64,000 bases of DNA. Origin: an uncultured Candidatus Peribacteria bacterium (GTDB taxonomy: Bacteria; Patescibacteriota; Gracilibacteria; UBA1369; 2-02-FULL-48-14). Positions 1 through 11,467 of the stretch are shown here, in pieces. The DNA is taken from contig CAZROM010000002.1 of assembly GCA_964601715.1 (NCBI GenBank), positions 2,155 through 66,154 on the forward strand, given 5' to 3'. The translations under genes and the position numbers were made by a program. The notes under the pieces were generated by a model. It was not told the DNA's origin and ran no database searches. It was given only the letters and a program-made list of their open reading frames with translations. Within the stretch, counting starts at the first letter, position 1. Each line of letters begins with the position of its first letter.

Positions 1-759
1 GATCAAGTGGCTTCTGCCTATTTGCAGGATTTGATCGAAGCGGGAAGCACGGAATTTGCCTACGGAGATTACAAAGTGGTGATGTCTGTTTTTGATCATG
101 ACGATTGGCTTCAATCCCACTCTGAACACCGTGGAAAAAATCACGGTGAAAAGCATGAAGATGCCGAGCAAGGCGCTTGGTACGAATCTTACATGAATTA
201 CTCGGTGGACAATGGGTTCTTTCAAGGTTACAAAGATGACAAAGGAAAGTTGAATGGAAAGATTGGTCCTGGTGACAATCTCACTCGCTTTCAATTGCTC
301 AAAGTGATGTTTGAACTCTCTTCCAAATTGGAGATGGGAGTTGCGACTTCCGCTTGTGATCCAGAAACCGTGACTCAAGACTCTTCTACCGATTGGATGG
401 GTGAGGATTGGGCACGAGGTTATGTGCAATGCATTGAAAACTCAGGTGTAGATCTGACCGTCCTGAGTGATGTGATCAACGGCTCCATGGATGCTGGAAA
501 TGAAGCTGCGCTTCGCTGGGAAGTCGTGGTGACTGCCTTCGAAATGCTTGGAGTGGATGCTTCTGATTCTACAGACTCTACTTTGACGGATCTTGTAGGA
601 AGCGGACTCGAGTCTCAATACCAAGACATGGTTTCTAAGGCAGATGAGCTCGACATTGTTTCGGGTTATCCTGATGGAGAGTTCAAGCCTAGCAAAACAG
701 TGAATCGAGCAGAAATGTTTAAAATCGTTTCTCTCTTCAGTGAAGTGTTTGCGCTCTAA
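1..759 (+). CDS. S-layer-homology (SLH) domain protein, C-terminal fragment (5' end lies outside the window)
   Basis: The frame is open from the window edge to the stop at 757-759. It contains three SLH-like repeats. The last, IVSGYPDGEFKPSKTVNRAEMFKIVSLF, matches the SLH consensus (GyxDGxFxPxxxiTRaE). A hairpin terminator follows. Confidence 0.75.
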   Translation, partial: DQVASAYLQDLIEAGSTEFAYGDYKVVMSVFDHDDWLQSHSEHRGKNHGEKHEDAEQGAWYESYMNYSVDNGFFQGYKDDKGKLNGKIGPGDNLTRFQLLKVMFELSSKLEMGVATSACDPETVTQDSSTDWMGEDWARGYVQCIENSGVDLTVLSDVINGSMDAGNEAALRWEVVVTAFEMLGVDASDSTDSTLTDLVGSGLESQYQDMVSKADELDIVSGYPDGEFKPSKTVNRAEMFKIVSLFSEVFAL

Positions 760-783
760 TACAGCTACAACAGGTTTGCGACG

Positions 784-815
784 AAAAAGCCCCTCTCGCG
801 AGGGGCTTTTGTTTT
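784..815. terminator. Bidirectional intrinsic terminator between the SLH gene and tRNA-Ile
   Basis: The hairpin is GCCCCTC-TCGC-GAGGGGC (789-806). It is flanked by an A-run upstream and TTTTGTTTT downstream. Confidence 0.7.
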
Positions 816-827
816 GAATCTAAAAGA

Positions 828-904
828 TGGTGGGCGATCGAAGATTTGAACTTCGGACCTCGACATTATCAGTGTCGCGCTCTAACCAACTGAGCTAATC
901 GCCC
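828..904 (-). tRNA. tRNA-Ile (anticodon GAU)
   Basis: The reverse complement folds as a cloverleaf. The acceptor stem is GGGCGAT/ATCGCCC, the anticodon loop is CTGATAA, the T-loop is TTCAAAT, and CCA is encoded. Confidence 0.95.
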
Positions 905-925
905 GTTTACCGTAAAGAGTGAGAA

Positions 926-1002
926 TGGTGGAGCTGAGGAGAGTCGAACTCCTGACCTCCTCGGTGCAAGCGAGGCGCTCTAGCCAACTGAGCTACAGCC
1001 CC
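926..1002 (-). tRNA. tRNA-Ala (anticodon UGC)
   Basis: The acceptor stem GGGGCTG/CAGCTCC carries the G3:U70 alanine identity pair. The anticodon loop is CTTGCAC, and CCA is encoded. Confidence 0.95.
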
Positions 1003-1148
1003 ATGTTTCTCATTTCACTTTCAAAAATTGAAAGCAGGGAACTTATATCATTTAAAGAAGTTGAAAATCAAGACGAGATTTTACATTTGATCTTCGCTAA
1101 AAAACTGTGCAGACTTAAACTCGCACGTCGCTTAATGAACTTTCGTTT

Positions 1149-1382
1149 ATGCAATACCTTCAAGGCTTCATTGGAATGGTGATCGGACTTCTGATTTTAG
1201 TGTACAGACCCAAGATCAAAGATTTCACGGGGGACATTGGCTTTGCGGAACGTTGGTTTGGTTCGGGTGGAACGTGGACTTTCTTTATATTGGTGGGAGT
1301 TGGAACCTTTGTGCTCAGTTTGATGTGGGCAACGGGTACCTTACAGGCTTTCATGTCCAGCAAGTTCTCTCAATTTCTATAA
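1149..1382 (+). CDS. Small integral membrane protein (77 aa), function unknown
   Basis: The ORF starts at an ATG and has two clear hydrophobic helices (FIGMVIGLLILVY and WTFFILVGVGTFVLSLMW). It is the only plausible ORF between the tRNAs and the rRNA promoter. Confidence 0.5.
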   Translation: MQYLQGFIGMVIGLLILVYRPKIKDFTGDIGFAERWFGSGGTWTFFILVGVGTFVLSLMWATGTLQAFMSSKFSQFL

Positions 1383-1478
1383 AAGGAATAGGGCGGCTTG
1401 CTGACCTCAGAATTATGTGTTAGGATGTACGTCCAGTCAGCTTTGACGTAGGGCTTAAGAAAATCCCTAAAAAATCTC

Positions 1479-1507
1479 TTGACTGCAGAGTGGACACTTC
1501 CTATAAT
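1479..1507 (+). promoter_or_regulatory. Sigma70-type promoter of the 23S-5S unit
   Basis: TTGACT (1479-1484), a 17-nt spacer, then TATAAT (1502-1507). An A-rich UP-like tract (aaaatccctaaaaaatc) lies immediately upstream. Confidence 0.55.
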
Positions 1508-1611
1508 GCCCCAGCCTAGTTCGATAGGCGTACTTCTTCAACTGAATGGATCTAGTCCATAAACTCCAGAGCATCAAACATTAAGGTCTTTTAGGACCGT
1601 TTGGGATTCTG

Positions 1612-1640
1612 GAGTGTATGGAAACATACACTCTTTTTGT
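1612..1640 (+). promoter_or_regulatory. rRNA leader hairpin followed by a CTCTTT box (boxB/boxA-like antitermination candidate)
   Basis: A 9-bp stem GAGTGTATG/CATACACTC with a GAAA loop runs into CTCTTTTTGTTCC. Confidence 0.3.
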
Positions 1641-1711
1641 TCCTTGAAAATTCGGAGCTGATCAAATTATATAAAGTCAGTCTTTTCAAATTAAATGTAT
1701 TAGTCTTTCAG

Positions 1712-1740
1712 ATTGCCATAAAAGTAATTAGAAGATGACG

Positions 1741-1749
<9 letters not shown>
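1712..1749 (+). other. 5' arm of the 23S precursor processing stem
   Basis: About 34 of 38 nt are complementary to 4699-4735 (attgccataaaagt...tagaaga...gacgtt...acaacat). Confidence 0.8.
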
Positions 1750-4698
<2,949 letters not shown>

Positions 4699-4709
<11 letters not shown>

Positions 4710-4735
4710 GTCTTCTTCTAGACTTTTATGGCAAT
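4699..4735 (+). other. 3' arm of the 23S precursor processing stem
   Basis: Complementary to 1712-1749. Confidence 0.8.
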
Positions 4736-4820
4736 TCGAGAGAGTAATGCTATAATCTGGAGAGATCAAACTTTATATAGAAACGCTTCGAGTTTTCCAG
4801 AAACTTTGAAAAGCGATTTG

Positions 4821-4938
4821 GTCCAGGCAATTTTAGAGAGAAGGTCACACCTGTTCCCATTCCGAACACAGTAGTTAAGCTTCTCATCGCCGATAGTACT
4901 GCAACCTGAGTTGTGGGAGTGTAGGACGTTGCCTGGAC
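4821..4938 (+). rRNA. rrf: 5S ribosomal RNA
   Basis: Helix I is GTCCAGGCAA/TTGCCTGGAC. The conserved core CCTGTTCCCATTCCGAACACAG...GCCGATAGTACTG is present. Length is 118 nt. Confidence 0.95.
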
Positions 4939-4952
4939 TAAGTCGCTTTTTT
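4939..4952 (+). terminator. T-run ending the rRNA unit, part of an extended 5S stem
   Basis: AAAAGCGA (4809-4816) pairs with TCGCTTTT (4943-4950). The T6 run is at 4947-4952. Confidence 0.4.
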
Positions 4953-4957
4953 AGTTC

Positions 4958-6310
4958 TCAGTTGGTTTCAAAAAATGTAATCGCTGCTTCTAGTGCACTC
5001 AATTGTTCCAGATCCATTTCCGGAGAATGTTGATCTCTAAGGATTCGTCCTTCTGTTAGTGCGGCACTTCGTAACGCCTGGATGTCTAAATCTAAAATTC
5101 GTGGGTAAGGGTGATATGAACGTGTATCCTCTAAAAGTTGGATGATTTCTGCAGACTCGCATATCGTCCTATGTTTACTTTTTATTTTTTGTGGTTTGAG
5201 GTTCTTTAAGTTATTAAGTCGATCGGCTGCTTTAACCGACAGAAATTGGATTATCTGAGATTTCTCTATAAGTCCATCTCGATGTCGAGTGAGATATCCT
5301 TTTTTTAGAGTTCTCTCTTTTGGTTTGCTTAATGCTGCTAGTACTGGAACGACGTTGTGCTGGGATCTTCGGAATAGGTTGGTCGGATGGGGTAAACCCT
5401 TGTATCCAGATGATCGGTAAGATAGTTCTTTCGCTGTGTCTGGGGTGAAGTGTTCTGAGAGTTTCTCAGATAAAAAGTCTAAACCTAATTCTGGATAGTC
5501 TTCATCATAATCGTGACATTCAGCCTCGATGACACGTTCTTTTAGATCAGCAAAAACTTGTTTTTTTTCTTCAAAAGTTTTACACAGACCAAGTGTTGCC
5601 CTACCTCGATTTATGATGTGAACGCAGACTTGATAAAGATGGTTCATTGTTAATTCACCACTTTTTCGTTTTGGCTCTTTTGCGTGTACAGCACTCTTGA
5701 TGGGATTATAAACGATGTGACCAGCTTGGATGACTTCTATCCACTCTGTTAACTCTTTTAGTGATTCTTTTTTCAACTCTTCCGGCACTTCGGGGCAGGC
5801 GAGATACAGTCTCATGTAATTGATCGCGCTTTGAAAGAACAGCTTTTTAGTTGTGAAGTGCATCCGATTCAAAGTCTTTAATTTCGGTGAGTTTCTTGGC
5901 TCTTTTGAATCTAGAAATGGAGGAGGGTCCATTACTTTGACGTTGGGCGAAACTTGCATCAGTTCTTGCACTTGTCTTCGGTATCCCCCCATTTGACCTT
6001 TAATTATGCTTTTACTTGGAGAACACTCTACGATTTGATCCATATTTGCTTCTAGATTTCTGTGTTCTCTTAAAAGATCTGTGAATGCAAGTTGAAGCGG
6101 GTGATCTGGACTTAAACCTTCTGGTGGAATTGGATAACTGTTTATGTTGAAGATTTGCTCCTCATTAAGCCATAGTGATCTCTCTTCGATTTCTGGATAA
6201 GAAGGATTTTTTTGCCATTTCTCATGAGGAACATTAAAGGGAGGCCTTGTGTAATCGAATTCGGCGTACTCTTCCTTTAATTCTTCGGTTGAATGTACCG
6301 TTTCTGACAT
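4958..6310 (-). CDS. Hypothetical protein with a RelA/SpoT-type HD (HD_4)-like core; N-terminal ~200 aa unknown
   Basis: The ATG at 6310 gives MSETVH; the track ORF begins earlier at a TTG. By eye it carries KRKSGELTMNHLYQV, AECHDYDEDYPE and LSVKAADRLNNLKNL. These resemble the RSH hydrolase blocks RxSGEPYxxHPxxVA, ALLHDxxEDT and VKLADRLHNMRTL. GC is lower than in neighbouring genes. Confidence 0.4.
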   Translation of the reverse strand: MSETVHSTEELKEEYAEFDYTRPPFNVPHEKWQKNPSYPEIEERSLWLNEEQIFNINSYPIPPEGLSPDHPLQLAFTDLLREHRNLEANMDQIVECSPSKSIIKGQMGGYRRQVQELMQVSPNVKVMDPPPFLDSKEPRNSPKLKTLNRMHFTTKKLFFQSAINYMRLYLACPEVPEELKKESLKELTEWIEVIQAGHIVYNPIKSAVHAKEPKRKSGELTMNHLYQVCVHIINRGRATLGLCKTFEEKKQVFADLKERVIEAECHDYDEDYPELGLDFLSEKLSEHFTPDTAKELSYRSSGYKGLPHPTNLFRRSQHNVVPVLAALSKPKERTLKKGYLTRHRDGLIEKSQIIQFLSVKAADRLNNLKNLKPQKIKSKHRTICESAEIIQLLEDTRSYHPYPRILDLDIQALRSAALTEGRILRDQHSPEMDLEQLSALEAAITFFETN

Positions 6311-6366
6311 TTTATTAGCATAAACAGTGTCTGATTGAACACCCAAAACCGCTTTTCGTCAATCTG

Positions 6367-7125
6367 TTAGGCGCTCTTCGGCACTTCAGCGCTGATGGGG
6401 GCGACGGTGGCTTCGTCTTGTTCGAGAGCGAGTTCTTTGTCGGTTTCGAAGCGTTGACTGCGTGAAGTCAGAGGATTGTAGGTTTCGTAGTAGAGTTCGA
6501 TCAGCTCCTGAGTGCCCAAAATTTGAGCTTGGAGGCCACAGCTTTCGAGGCCAGCTCGCACGGTGTTCACACGTTGTGTGAGGCGTTTTTTAAGGTCGTC
6601 GAATTGAGCGTGGCGTTTTTTGATTTTGGCGACGTCGTCTCCTGGAAAGATGGATTCGATGAAGCTCTTCAAAAAACTGCGGCGTTCTTCACCGATGGGG
6701 TCTTGAGGAATGACAACGTAGAATTGTTTTTCCATGATGTCGGCGTATTCCACCAGACGACTGACGTATTCGATGTATTCAAAAGTCTGTTTTTGCAGGA
6801 GAGGATTGCCTTGTTTGACGCCGATTTTTTTGAGTTTGTCGATGTACTGTTCGAGGTCGAGTTTTTTACTGCGGATCACGACTTGAATGGGAAATTCCAA
6901 AGAGTTCAAAAAGTTTTGGTAGGAATAGATGACGGCGTTTTGTTCCTGTTCGGATTTCAAATTCAAATTGATGCTCGAGGTTTTGAGCACCATGCGAAGT
7001 CCTCCGTTCTTCAAAATGACGGCATCGTCGCGGATTTCAGAAACCTTCAGATACAACTGTGTGCTGAGACGTTTGTCTTTTTTGCTTCCTTTCACCGAAT
7101 CTTTTGTCCCTGGCGTGGGTGTCAT
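6367..7125 (-). CDS. VirB4/TraC N-terminal-domain-like protein (T4SS-associated) lacking an ATPase domain
   Basis: LKVSEIRDDAVILKNGGLRMVLKTSSINLNLKSEQEQNAVIYSYQNFLNSLEFPIQVVIRSKKLDLEQY follows the pattern seen at the N-terminus of Gram-positive/CPR VirB4-like ATPases. There is no Walker A motif. An ATGA overlap couples it to the PrgI-like gene. Confidence 0.5.
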   Translation of the reverse strand: MTPTPGTKDSVKGSKKDKRLSTQLYLKVSEIRDDAVILKNGGLRMVLKTSSINLNLKSEQEQNAVIYSYQNFLNSLEFPIQVVIRSKKLDLEQYIDKLKKIGVKQGNPLLQKQTFEYIEYVSRLVEYADIMEKQFYVVIPQDPIGEERRSFLKSFIESIFPGDDVAKIKKRHAQFDDLKKRLTQRVNTVRAGLESCGLQAQILGTQELIELYYETYNPLTSRSQRFETDKELALEQDEATVAPISAEVPKSA

Positions 7126-7571
7126 AAGGTTTGGGGTTTGCCGTAAGAGTCGAGCAGTTTCGAAATTTCTCCGATTTTTTCAAGACGTTCGTGATCGCGT
7201 TCGGCTTTGCTGCTTTCAACAGGACCAGTTTGCACTTTTTTATCCTTTTGAGCAAACAAGCTTAACGAATAATTGTCTCCCGCTCCCATGATGAAGATTC
7301 GCTTATTGGGGAGGAAGAAGTATTCGGCCATGAGAAAAACCCATTTCCCAAAAGGAATTCCGTTCAATTTGAGAAAGGTGACCATGAGGGTCAAGGAACC
7401 CGTGATGAAGGGAAGGATGAGCCAAGCGCCCATGTAATAGCGACTTCCGAAATAGTTGTAGATCACGTAGGTGATGCCTCCGCCCACGCCCAAATAGATC
7501 AGTTGGCGCAGGGTCAGTGGGCCCACGATTTTGTCTTCTACTTGCACGTTTTGAGGAATTTTGTATTGCAT
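7122..7571 (-). CDS. PrgI family (VirB3-like) membrane protein
   Basis: The N-terminus MQYKIPQNVQVEDKIVGPLTLRQLIYLGVGGGITYVIY is the characteristic PrgI-family signature. Two TM helices are present. Confidence 0.7.
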   Translation of the reverse strand: MQYKIPQNVQVEDKIVGPLTLRQLIYLGVGGGITYVIYNYFGSRYYMGAWLILPFITGSLTLMVTFLKLNGIPFGKWVFLMAEYFFLPNKRIFIMGAGDNYSLSLFAQKDKKVQTGPVESSKAERDHERLEKIGEISKLLDSYGKPQTL

Positions 7572-7649
7572 TTATTTGTTTTCAATCTGTTTATTGTATC
7601 ACAAAACGGGGCTTTTTTCAAGGAGCCTAATCTGGTACACTCCTGCCAC

Positions 7650-9464
7650 ATGAAAAACATTCGAAATTTTTGTATCATCGCGCACATTGACCACGGTAAA
7701 TCCACCTTGGCGGATCGCTTTTTGGAGGTTACGGGAACGCTGACTCGACGTGAAATGAAGCACGGCCAGATGCTCGACACCATGGAGCTTGAGCAAGAAC
7801 GTGGAATCACGATCAAATTGCAGCCGGTTCGCATGGAGTACAACTACAAGGGCGAAGAGTATCAATTGAACCTGATCGACACTCCCGGACATGTGGACTT
7901 TTCCTACGAAGTTTCTCGTAGTTTGGCGGCCTGTGAAGGAGCGGTTTTGGTGGTGGATGCGACGCAAGGAATCCAAGCACAAACCTTGGCCAACTGTTAC
8001 ATGGCTTTGGAGCACAATTTGGAAATCATCGCTGTGCTCAATAAAATCGATTTACCCGCCGCGGATGTGGAAGGACGTTCCACGGAGATTGAAAATGCCT
8101 TGGGAATCCCTCGCGAGGGCATTTTGTGCATTTCAGCCAAAGAAGGAACCAATGTGAAAGAGCTTTTGGAACGGGTCATTGATCGAGTACCTGCGCCCAA
8201 ATCGATTGGGGTTGAGGCGGAAACGCGCGCTTTGATTTTTGATTCGGTTTACGATCCTTATAAAGGCATTGTGGCTTACGTGCGACTCATGCAAGGCTCG
8301 CTCAAACGCGGAGATCGCATCAAAATGCTCAACACGCGAGCGGAAACCGAAGTCACGGAAGTGGGATGTTTTAGACCCAAATACGAAACGACGAATAGTT
8401 TGCAAGCGGGGGAAGTCGGTTATGTGGTCACAGGGATGAAATCCGTGGCAGACGCTCGCGTCGGAGACACGATTTGGCGTCCCAAAGAATGGCATTTGCG
8501 CGACGAGCAAAAGCCCGATCCTTTACCCGGTTATAAAAAAGTTTTACCCTTCGTTTTTGCCGGAGTTTTTGCCACCGACAATGATCAATATCCTTTGCTC
8601 CGCGATGCTCTGGAAAAGCTCAGTCTCAACGATTCGTCACTCACTTTTGAACCTGAAAACTCGGGGGCTTTGGGGCACGGATTCCGTTGTGGATTTTTGG
8701 GACTTCTTCACATGGACATTGTGCAGGAACGTTTGGAACGAGAATACAATTTGGATTTGATTGTGACGGCGCCCAGCGTGCGTTACCAAGTGCTGAAAAT
8801 GGGCGGCGAACTCATCGAAATTTCCAATCCTTCTGAGCTCCCAGAACCTTCGCACATTGAGGCGATTTTGGAGCCTTGGATCAAAGTGGAATTGCTGACG
8901 CCAAAAGAATACATGGGGGCGCTCATGCAAATGCTCGCGGATCGTCGTGGTGTCTCAAAAAACGTGACTTATCTCGATCAAAATCGTGTGAATTTGCACT
9001 ATGAAGTGCCGCTCGCGTCCATCGTGATCGACTTTTATGACGAGCTGAAAAGTTTGACCTCAGGCTACGCTTCCATGAGTTATGAATTCATGGATTTTAG
9101 ACCCGGAGATTTGGTGCGCCTCGATATTCTCGTTCACCACGAAGCTTTGGACGCGCTCGCCATCATCATTCACCGTGACGAAGCGTTTCACCATGGAATC
9201 AAAGTCTGCAAACGCCTCAAAGAAATCATTCCAAGAGGACAATTTGAAATTCCCATTCAAGCGGCGATTGGCGCTAAAATCATTGCACGCGAAACGATTG
9301 CGGCTTATCGCAAAGACGTGACGGGGTATTTGTACGGAGGGGATGTGTCTCGAAAGAACAAACTGCTCGACAAACAGAAGAAAGGGAAGAAACGCATGAA
9401 GATGTTCGGACGCGTGGAAGTGCCTCAAGAAGCCTTCCTTGCGGTGCTGAGAAAAGATGGCTAG
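7650..9464 (+). CDS. lepA: Elongation factor 4 (LepA)
   Basis: MKNIRNFCIIAHIDHGKSTLADR (G1), DTPGH (G3) and NKID (G4) are present, along with the LepA C-terminal domain. The start was moved to the ATG at 7650, where homology begins. Confidence 0.95.
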   Translation: MKNIRNFCIIAHIDHGKSTLADRFLEVTGTLTRREMKHGQMLDTMELEQERGITIKLQPVRMEYNYKGEEYQLNLIDTPGHVDFSYEVSRSLAACEGAVLVVDATQGIQAQTLANCYMALEHNLEIIAVLNKIDLPAADVEGRSTEIENALGIPREGILCISAKEGTNVKELLERVIDRVPAPKSIGVEAETRALIFDSVYDPYKGIVAYVRLMQGSLKRGDRIKMLNTRAETEVTEVGCFRPKYETTNSLQAGEVGYVVTGMKSVADARVGDTIWRPKEWHLRDEQKPDPLPGYKKVLPFVFAGVFATDNDQYPLLRDALEKLSLNDSSLTFEPENSGALGHGFRCGFLGLLHMDIVQERLEREYNLDLIVTAPSVRYQVLKMGGELIEISNPSELPEPSHIEAILEPWIKVELLTPKEYMGALMQMLADRRGVSKNVTYLDQNRVNLHYEVPLASIVIDFYDELKSLTSGYASMSYEFMDFRPGDLVRLDILVHHEALDALAIIIHRDEAFHHGIKVCKRLKEIIPRGQFEIPIQAAIGAKIIARETIAAYRKDVTGYLYGGDVSRKNKLLDKQKKGKKRMKMFGRVEVPQEAFLAVLRKDG

Positions 9465-9862
9465 GGGTTCACGACCCAAGTGTCAGTTTGGATCACGTCC
9501 TTTTTGCATTCCCAGTCGGTGATCACTCGAGCGCCACTGCTTGCCAAAAATGTTTGTGCTGCCGTTTCTAAACTGATTAAATCACTGGCGGCCTTTAGAC
9601 CCTGCTCATTGTGTTGTTTGCAAGCGGCTTCGTTTGCTTGTTGTCTTCTGGCAGCTTCTTCTCTGTTCTCGTACATGGTTGAGCATCTTTCTTCTGGCTT
9701 TAGGGCGACGATACAAGCCTTTTGGTATCTATCTTCAAGCACAGCGATGTGTGTCTTTGCCTCTTCGGGTAGATCGCTTTCTGCAGCGCGTCTGGGGATT
9801 TGATCGCAAGCACTGAGTGCAAGGAGGCCAGCACCAGCAATTGAAAGGGGAAGCTTGGTCAT
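9461..9862 (-). CDS. Lipoprotein, function unknown
   Basis: Signal peptide with lipobox: MTKLPLSIAGAGLLALSAC. Confidence 0.6.
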   Translation of the reverse strand: MTKLPLSIAGAGLLALSACDQIPRRAAESDLPEEAKTHIAVLEDRYQKACIVALKPEERCSTMYENREEAARRQQANEAACKQHNEQGLKAASDLISLETAAQTFLASSGARVITDWECKKDVIQTDTWVVNP

Positions 9863-9954
9863 GAAAGAATGTTAGACCTCATTTTACACCTTGGCCTCAG
9901 GCTGTCAAAACCCCTTTTGGATTTTTTATTTTGTTGTTATTATCTGCTCTAGTT

Positions 9955-11442
9955 ATGCCAAAATTTTTCCGCGCGCTTTGTCTTTTTTCCGTTTTATTTT
10001 GTTCCGCCTGCACGGGGGATTTTTCTGACTTAAGCCAAGCGGGCCCCAGTTTCGACACACTCAGCATTGCGTATGCGGAGCCGATTTCGAGTTATTCGCC
10101 ACTTTCGTACAACACCGTGGACCGAAAATATTTGAGCAATTTGTACGAACCTTTGGTGCGATTTGATGGCACCTTTAACACCGATTCTGCTTTGGCGGTT
10201 TCGTGGGGAAGACTCGATGACACGACCTGGGATTTTCAACTTCGCCAAGGCGTGACCTTTCATTCGGGCGTGGCTTTCACGGCGGATGATGCGGTGTATT
10301 CTTTGGGATTGGCTAAGGCGGAAGGTGACTCAGAACTTGGAGCGCTGCTGTCAACGATTGTGGATGTGAAAAAAATCAGCGACTCGCGCATTGAAATCAC
10401 CACGAGCAAACCCGATCCACTTTTGCTGAACAAACTGACCTACGTTTACATGGTTCCGAACGGCTACACCGCTTTTGACTTGCCGATTGGAACGGGACCT
10501 TATCGCGTGAGCAGTTTTTCGGACAATGCTTTGAATTTGGAGCGCTTCGATGCGTATTGGGGAGCGCAGGGCTACTTCCCAAAGGTGAGTTTGGAATTTG
10601 TGCCCGAAGTGGAACAACGCAATGCCGGATTTTTGGATGGAACTTATTCGGTGCTAGCCAATGTTCCACCTCAGTACGTTCAAGACTACAAAGATGCGGG
10701 CTATGAGCTCGAGGAATTTCCCAGTTTGGAAGTGAGTTATTTGATGATGAGTCGCGATGGAACCTTTTCCAATTCCAATTTGAGAGAAGCGGTTTGGTAC
10801 GCACTTTCTGCGGATTACGCCTCTTCGTTTGGAGGAGGATTTTTGCAAAACACAAGTCAGTACGCGGCCACCGGAATTTTTGGCTACCGTTCGGATGAAG
10901 TCAGTCGTGAGCAAAATTTGGATTTGGCCAAGCAATTCAGGGCACTCGTGGAGGGAGATGTTGCGGTGACTTTGGATGTGCCCGAGGGCCTCAAAGTTTT
11001 GGGTGAAGCCATCGCCAAAGATTTGAGTGAGGTGCAAATTGATGTGACGGTGAATGAGCTCAATCCTCAGGCTTTGGATGACAAAATCAAAGCGGAGCAG
11101 TCGGAATTTTATTTTTTTGGCTGGAAGTATGATCTGGCCGATGCCTCGGATTTTTACGAAGCTGCGGTGCATTCGCACTCTGAAGATTTTGGACAATTCA
11201 ACGGCGTGAATTATCAAGATTCAGATTTGGACGCTCTCATTGAACAGGCGGCTAGTTCGCTTTCGGTGGAAGAAAGACGTGACATTTTGGATGAAATTTC
11301 GGCACGACTTTTGGACGATAAAAGCATCATTCCGCTCTTTGAGTCCAAAACTTTGTATGGACTTCAGGCGGGACTTTATTGGAACCTCCGTTTGGACGGT
11401 CAGCTTTGGGCTTCTGAAATCATCGAAAGTGTGGTAAAATGA
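9955..11442 (+). CDS. ABC-type substrate-binding protein, family 5 (peptide/nickel-type), lipoprotein
   Basis: Lipobox FCSAC. Typical SBP_bac_5 blocks are LYEPLVRFD, WDFQLRQGVTFHSG..FTADDAVYS and GTGPYRV. No permease or ATPase gene is adjacent. Confidence 0.8.
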   Translation: MPKFFRALCLFSVLFCSACTGDFSDLSQAGPSFDTLSIAYAEPISSYSPLSYNTVDRKYLSNLYEPLVRFDGTFNTDSALAVSWGRLDDTTWDFQLRQGVTFHSGVAFTADDAVYSLGLAKAEGDSELGALLSTIVDVKKISDSRIEITTSKPDPLLLNKLTYVYMVPNGYTAFDLPIGTGPYRVSSFSDNALNLERFDAYWGAQGYFPKVSLEFVPEVEQRNAGFLDGTYSVLANVPPQYVQDYKDAGYELEEFPSLEVSYLMMSRDGTFSNSNLREAVWYALSADYASSFGGGFLQNTSQYAATGIFGYRSDEVSREQNLDLAKQFRALVEGDVAVTLDVPEGLKVLGEAIAKDLSEVQIDVTVNELNPQALDDKIKAEQSEFYFFGWKYDLADASDFYEAAVHSHSEDFGQFNGVNYQDSDLDALIEQAASSLSVEERRDILDEISARLLDDKSIIPLFESKTLYGLQAGLYWNLRLDGQLWASEIIESVVK

Positions 11443-11467
11443 TCAGATGATTTAAAGGAGTTCGGAA

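Noticed and set aside
919-1182. An 87-aa ORF overlaps tRNA-Ala. ORFs at 16857-17039 and 17033-17431 overlap tRNA-Val/Leu and the antisense strand of the mgtC-like gene.
   Set aside because: They are largely composed of tRNA gene sequence or run antisense to a clear membrane protein gene.
6523-7146. A 207-aa plus-strand ORF runs antisense to the VirB4-N-like gene.
   Set aside because: It mirrors the frame of a better-supported minus-strand gene, its composition is low-complexity (F/V/D-rich), and it has no start context. This is a typical shadow ORF.
7503-7649. The track ORF gives lepA a 49-codon N-terminal extension.
   Set aside because: Homology to EF4 starts at MKNIRNF (ATG at 7650). The extension would overlap the PrgI-like gene start and its promoter region.
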